Assembly: GCF_009914755.1 (NCBI RefSeq)
Contig: NC_060926.1
DNA from: the human T2T-CHM13v2.0 reference genome, Homo sapiens
Length of the DNA stretch: 64,000 nucleotides
Direction: 5' to 3' (one strand)
Under the pieces are notes generated by a model that saw only the letters and a program-made list of their open reading frames with translations, was not told the DNA's origin and searched no databases. Positions 57,671 to 64,000 of this stretch are shown here, one piece after another; position 1 is the first letter of the stretch; each line of letters starts with the position of its first letter. A program made the translations under genes and the position numbers.

Positions 57671-60600
57671 CTGGAACAGAGAGAAGAGGAGGTCAGGTGT
57701 GCTCCCCTGTGTGGTCCACGCATCCACTTTGCATTTCCAGTGCCCTGCATGCAATGCAGAATGGAAACGTTCTGCTTTCCATTCCAAAATGGAAATGGCT
57801 TTTTTGTTCTGATTCCATAATGTGCTCATTATAGACCAATCGGGAGACTACACAGGGCTATACCAAAGAGAGTCAAAGCTGTCCCAGATCTCGCCACTGA
57901 AAGGCCACCAGCATTAATATTTTGGTAGAAAACCAGCCAAACAGTACAAGGAGGAAAAACGTGTATTTATATAATTTTTTTTCCCAGTTAAATATATATT
58001 TTCCAAAATGGGATCATGTTATGAATATGCTTTTCTAATCTTTTTCACATAATATATTGTGCAAATTAATCACTCAATAGAGATTTAGATGTCAATGAAT
58101 ATTTAATAGCTAGGGAGAAATACAAGAAAGCTCTCTATCTTAGGAAAAGGGGACACAGAAACGTTCTTACTGAGTGAGCTTGCATCTACACTCCCAATCT
58201 ATTTTACTAAAAAACATCTGTTTTAGTGAGAAACTAAATACAACTTAGTGCCCAGTATAGGTTATTAGCTAATGGCCTGGAAAGAGAAACATACTGACAC
58301 TGTTTAAATAGTCATCCCTCCTGTTCATTTTCACCTCTATGTTCATTTTCAAGTATTTTTAATGCTTCTATTTTTACTACAATGAACATGTATTACTTTT
58401 GTAATCCAGAAAAGCCTGTTTTCAAATATGCAATCATGGAGGTGCATACTTGAATAACAAAAGCCTGCTCTAAGTGATCGTGTTAATTATTAACTTCACA
58501 GACTGCTTTGCCATGGATGGAAAAATTAAATGTTTTTATCACAAACTCTGAATTAGTGGGCTTTTACAGTGTATACGTATCTAATGTTTGATCCATTGCA
58601 GAACAAACGTGCACTTTCTGGGCACCTGAGGGCAGGGAGCCTGGGGCGTGAGGACCTGGGCTCTGCTTCTCACTGCGCCCATGTGTCCGCCGTTCCCGCT
58701 CCACCGCTCACTGCCCAGGCCTGCCACTGACTCGGTCGCAGCAAGACTGGGAAAGAAGCAGTACTCACCTGACCGCCTCAGTGTTCTAAGACTGAAGCAC
58801 AGGCCCAGTGGCTGTATTTGGTGCCAGTTATCACTACCAGCTGAAACAGTTCTTTTTTCAATTTCGGCCAACACCTTAGGCTGGCATGGGTTGGGAATGG
58901 GAATCCAATGAACCCTTAGCTAACAAGGCTTACTTAGCACAGAATTTCTCCACCAGTATAGCGAGTTAAAGGGCATGAACCACGAGCCCCAGAGGCCCCA
59001 TCAGCCCTCTCAGTGGCTGGAGTGACACGGCCGCCACCTCGGCCCACAGCAGGCTTGTCAATTTCCCTAGGGTGTTCCACAAACCCAGGCGGGTTTTTAA
59101 GTGTGCTGTGATATGAAAAAGGGTGAGAGGCATGGAAGCACACAGTTAACTTTTAGAAGCCAGAGTGCTTTATTTGTGCTAATTCTTCCTAGTAATACAC
59201 TGTAATACTTCACGTGAGCCACTCAGATACTCAGGACAAAGATATGAGCTAAGTCCAAGAATAAATCAACCCTTTTCTCCACCGAACTAATGAGTGTATT
59301 AAAAAGGGTGGGGAGCAGAGATGCTGCTCTCAACAGAAAATGACTCAGAAGTACCCACTTGCATTTAATTGATAAGATGAGTAAAGAAAGTGAATGGATG
59401 TGGCTTTATTCTAGGAAAAGACTGGAAAAACCTCAGCAAATTTACAATAATCAACGCAATGTGCCTGGCAGGGGAAAAGCTCAATGGGTTAGGCAAAATT
59501 TGCAGCAAATCAAATGCTTTTATCTTCTTGACGTTCCCTTTCCACAAAACAATATTCCGGAACATGGCCTCATTAGGATCAGCAGACATTAAGTGTCCAA
59601 CCCATAAACAGGCTTGCTTGCTGTGGCTTTTCTATTTGGGCCTGTAATGGTTCAGCAACAGAGGGCAGCCCTTCTATACAGGTGCAACAGCCGTTGAGTG
59701 CAACAACACTTCCAAGAACACGAGCTCTCAAGGCTGGTCTACACCAATAAGACAAGCTACTCATGAAGCCTAAACTCCTTACATGAAATAGACAGGAACC
59801 CGAGGCTCACTCCAGTTAAGCCCTGCTCTCCTCTGGGATGATGGTGTCTTCTGGAGTTTGTATGCCCATCTATCCCTTTCTAGGTAGCATCAGGGAACCC
59901 TTGGCCTTCACACAAAGGCGACCCCCAGTCAATATGTATAGTCCACTTGCTGCTGAATCCTCATTCTCACTGGTCCTCACGGTGGGACCATGTGGGCAGG
60001 CAGGGGGACAGTCGATGGATGCTGACACCACTGTTGATGGTGGCAGTTCAGTTGCCACCCACATGCATGGATTGGAGAAAGGTATTCCTCATCTCAGATC
60101 TGAGGCAAGGTCCAGGGTCTGACCCAAAGCCACCTTCCTAAGAAGGGAAGAACCAGGCTGAAAACCCAGGAAGTACACACCAGGCAACGCTGTCTCATTT
60201 AAGGAAGAGCCCACCTCTGAAGGACCAAGAAGCAAACACATTCATGAACCCCTGACTCCCACACAATGTTCTGCCTGCGAGTGGTCAGGCCCTGCTGACA
60301 CTGAGCTGGTGCCTTTGAGCATAGACAAAGCTGTCAGTCAGAAAGCTAACTGCTGATTCATCCTAGGCATGGCTGGATTTCACTTTATGCTCTGTGGTTT
60401 TGTCCCCTATGGTGGCCCATGAGTCATGGACAGCTCCAAGCATCAGGAAGGTCAAGACAACTCCTACAAGCCTGAGCTGCACCAACATAGAACCAATGGA
60501 AACTTAGGATGGATGCTGAGGGACCTGCAAAGGGTGGAGGCTGGAATGCCTGGATGGCCTCGTCTCATCCTGGGATTCATTATCCCAAGGAAGTCACTTC

Positions 60601-61097
60601 AGTTTCTAAGACTTAAGATCCTAATCTTTGAGATGAGGACAATAATATCCATTCCACCTACAACACAGGGGTTAAAACACTGAAACTATTTTGAAAACTG
60701 CCATCATTATTATCTACCTCCAAGGGATGGTTCTCAACCCAGTAATTGCCCTTGACCTCTGTCCCCAGTTTTCTGATGACACTAATTTACTTTGAAGTGA
60801 CAGTGACCACGTGTGGAATAGCTCACAAACATTGCCACAAGGACACTAGGATTGCAAGGAACAGGCTGAGGCTCCCAAAGGCCCTTTGGAAACACGAACT
60901 AGGCTGGAACAGTGTAACTGGCATCAAACGCCTCCTTGCCTCATTCGTAGCAGCTGAGAGAGGGGTGAGGGCTTGGGTATGCAGGTCCTGAGATGTGGAG
61001 CCAACTAACAGCAGGCCTGACAGGCAAGAGGTGACCCAAGAGGAGTAATGAAGGTACAGGGATTCCTCCCTCCCCAGATATCTCCCAAGGACAGAAA

Positions 61098-61809
61098 TGT
61101 TACCAGCAGGGATTACACGGTGTACAGAGCACCTCTGACAGAAGTGATTTTATCTTAGAAAATGACTCCATTTCACATTTCAAAAGGCATCCAGCCAACA
61201 CGGTCCAGATATTTGCATAATCAACAGAGACAACACCCAACCAGATTAAGGGCATAACCCTTTACTGTCAGTCCTCACCAAAGGACTCAAGGGCGGTAAT
61301 GAGCAGGACTTCTACAACTCGAGATGGCCATCTTGACAGACTCCATCTTGCTGTCACTCATGATCAGCACCCAGCATCTGCCGCCAAAGACTGCCCAAAT
61401 CAAGGGCTCTTCCATGCAAGATGATGCTGCCTGTCCAGATAAGCCCAGGACCCTCTCTTTGTCCATGTCACTGTCCTTGGACTAGTTCATTAACCCCTTT
61501 TCCTCTCCCCGTGTCTCTTGATGTTAAATGTTACTCTGTTTGATGTGGACTGCTTAATCTAAACATTTATATATTAAGTACACTACTAGGTATGGTTTGC
61601 AGTACTGACTGAGCTGTGGAGTGGCTTGAGCCTGTGTGACCACAGCTCTGATTACCGAGTGAATGGAAAACACTAAGAAGTTCCTTCTGGGAAACTGCAT
61701 GGAGCACATGGATTTTATGATGGAAATAGTATCAATAAAAGCCTGACCTTGTGGAAAGACACAAACGTTCATGGACCTGGTTATGTCTGACCTTGCCCTG
61801 CTCACGACA
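61098..61809 (+). mobile_element. ERV1-class solo LTR (family uncertain)
   Basis: tgttacc...ctcacgaca termini, gactccatcttg motifs, a TATA-like tttatatattaa and AATAAA at 61734. Confidence 0.65.
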
Positions 61810-61862
61810 CATGGGTTCTCCCTCAAAATTTCTTTTAAAATGCAACCATTCAGTGGAGAGTA

Positions 61863-62413
61863 CAACAGGTCCCCAAATAATATCATTTCATGATAATACT
61901 GATGAGAAAAAAAATCACCTCCTGGCTGGGGCTACTGTCTGCACGCAGCTGGCATGTTCTCCTCTCCCCACGTCTGTGTGGGTTTTCTCCAGGTATTCTG
62001 GTTTCCTCTCACATCCCAAAGCTGTGCATGTCAGACAAGTGGGCTGTTCCAGTGGTCCCAGTGTGAGTGAGTACGCCCTGTGAGAGGTTGGCATACTGTC
62101 CAGGGCAGGCTGCTGCCTGGAACCTGGAGCTGCTGCGATAGGCTCTGGCCACCTGAGAGCCTGTCAATAATTATCTTGCTTTTATTAATCTTCCTTAGGT
62201 GGATAGCTCACATTTATTTCAAATCCTTAATATTAGAAGTGTTTTAGTCTTTATTTAGAATTTTGGTGATGTTTTTGTGACCAGAAATATGCCTGGGAAC
62301 TTAACTCTTGTTATAGCAATTAGCCTGTGGTACTGCTGATTTTGTTCTATGTCCTTCTGCTTAAAGTAGCAGTTTCCAAGAACCTGCTGATGGTGTTAAG
62401 TGATGACTTACTG
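61863..62413. mobile_element. TcMar-Tigger relic (MER82-like)
   Basis: TA|caacaggtccccaaataat... at the left end and ...gtttccaagaacctgctgatggtgttaagtgatgacttactg at the right end. Confidence 0.7.
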
Positions 62414-64000
62414 TGCTATATCAAGCCACCGAACACTGTTAACGTGATCACTATATTCGCTGACGGAAGGTTCTATTGATAGAAGGTGGAACAGAGCCCT
62501 GCATAGTGGGAGCAGGTCCTGAAGGAGGTGCCTGGGCATATTCACCTGTAGGGAATGGAATGGAGAAATGCCAGGAAGTGCACCAAGGTACAGCAGCCCA
62601 GGCTCTCTCTGACGCTTCTCTCAGAGAAGTATATGCACATCCCTAAAGCAACGGAGTCAGGCTGTGAGGGCTGAACCCCCTAACTCCCCTAGGGCCTGTC
62701 ATGCATACATCTCGATGGGTTCTGCTCCCTACCTGTGGATAAAACTAAGGCGACTGCAGAATGCACAGCTCACTGTGCTGAAGCACGATTCTCAAAGGTG
62801 CTAAAAGGTTCAAGTTGACTCGAGGGGTTGGCTGAGGAAGGGGGTCCAGGAGGGGTGTGTCTGCATCTGTTTGGCCATCTTCCTCAGCACTCCTGCTTCA
62901 GCATCAACAATCAGCTGACCTTCCTGAGGTTTGCTCTGCAGCAGGCCAGGAGGGGTGGATATCACTCTGCCAGTGTCTAGGTGGGACACCTGGGATGTGG
63001 CCAGCAGGCACCCAGTGAGTCACAGGGCCAGGAAGCCAAGCTGCTACTGGGCAGGTCCAGAGGACAGGACGGGCCTCCTGGGGTGTGAGTCCTAGCCATG
63101 GAACACTGCACCTGGTTTGGCTGCTTACTTTTTTTTTTTTTTCCAACTCAGGTAGAATATATATACCAACTCCGACTTTTTCAAAAGTACTTTGATGCCA
63201 GGAACTAAAACAAAACCATACCTTCAGGGCCATTAGACTAGGTGATTTCTGAGTTTGCTTTCTTTCCACTCTGCCATTTGCTGGTTTTATGAATGGAGGC
63301 TTGTTTTGCAGATCCAGCCCAGTGGGTGGGCCACAGACCTCAGAGTCAGACTCATGAGGGGGCGAACTCAAATGCACACTAAGCACTGACCGCAGCCTAC
63401 GGGAGAGGCCCCCACATTTATCAAGCCACTGAGTCCAAATGCACACAGAGGCGGCAATTTAATTCCTCCCTGGCAAGTTCTAACTATTCGGGAAAGGCTC
63501 TGCCCTTTGATCTCAACCTCCATCTCACTCCATCCCACGAAAAAAAATTCCAGGGAGCTTCTCTTTTTCTAAGGGGTGTGTGGTAGATTTTTCTGGAAAG
63601 TAAAATTCTATTTTGACTACATTAGGACATTTCATTCATTAAAGAAACTCAGAAGAGAATCCTTAGGAAAAGAGAAATTTTTCTATAAAAAAATTATTCC
63701 TACATCTATCTTGTTTATATTTTCAATCTTTACATATTATTCAGAGTAAGACATATCCACATACTATATAGGATCTTGACAATAAAATCACAATTTATAC
63801 TTAAGGGGGATATGTTATTATGTATAAGGAATTAATTAAAGTTGTTAAAATAATGAATTAAAAATATGCCAGACGTACTATTCCACCTGGTTCATCCTCC
63901 TTGATTTTATTTGTCTCCAGATAGCATAAATCCTAACACACAAAGTTTTAAATTTTCTCCCCAAACTATCTCAAAAGATCACACATTTAGAACTATAAAC

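Noticed and set aside
57671-64000. Next upstream UXS1 exon with the catalytic YxxxK motif
   Set aside because: No matching exon was found, so it presumably lies beyond the window end.

Overview
This is eukaryotic, repeat-rich primate DNA. I recognise it from the encoded proteins as the human ECRG4-UXS1 locus (2q12). The + strand carries the complete four-exon ECRG4/C2orf40 gene: CDS 11445-11523, 17547-17594, 19589-19746 and 23468-23629, which join to a 148-aa augurin precursor, with a CpG-island promoter and AATAAA at 23833. The - strand carries the last six coding exons and 3' UTR of UXS1 (UDP-glucuronate decarboxylase 1). The genes are convergent, with about 14 kb between their 3' ends. All ten coding exons have GT-AG boundaries and join in frame. 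The rest is Alu, L1, MaLR/ERV1 LTR, DNA-transposon and simple-repeat sequence, and nearly all ORFs in the supplied track are spurious. I see no evidence of a new multi-gene system. The most interesting items are small: an orphan TSD-flanked ~21-25-nt + long poly(A) insertion in ECRG4 intron 1, inverted Alus that could circularise ECRG4 exons 2-3, a G20 run and a ~270-bp pyrimidine tract derived from Alus, a 42/45-bp CpG/CCAAT duplication past the UXS1 3' end, and a strong CTCF-like motif next to a 44-nt UXS1 exon. Repeat subfamily names are from recognition by eye and were not computed.
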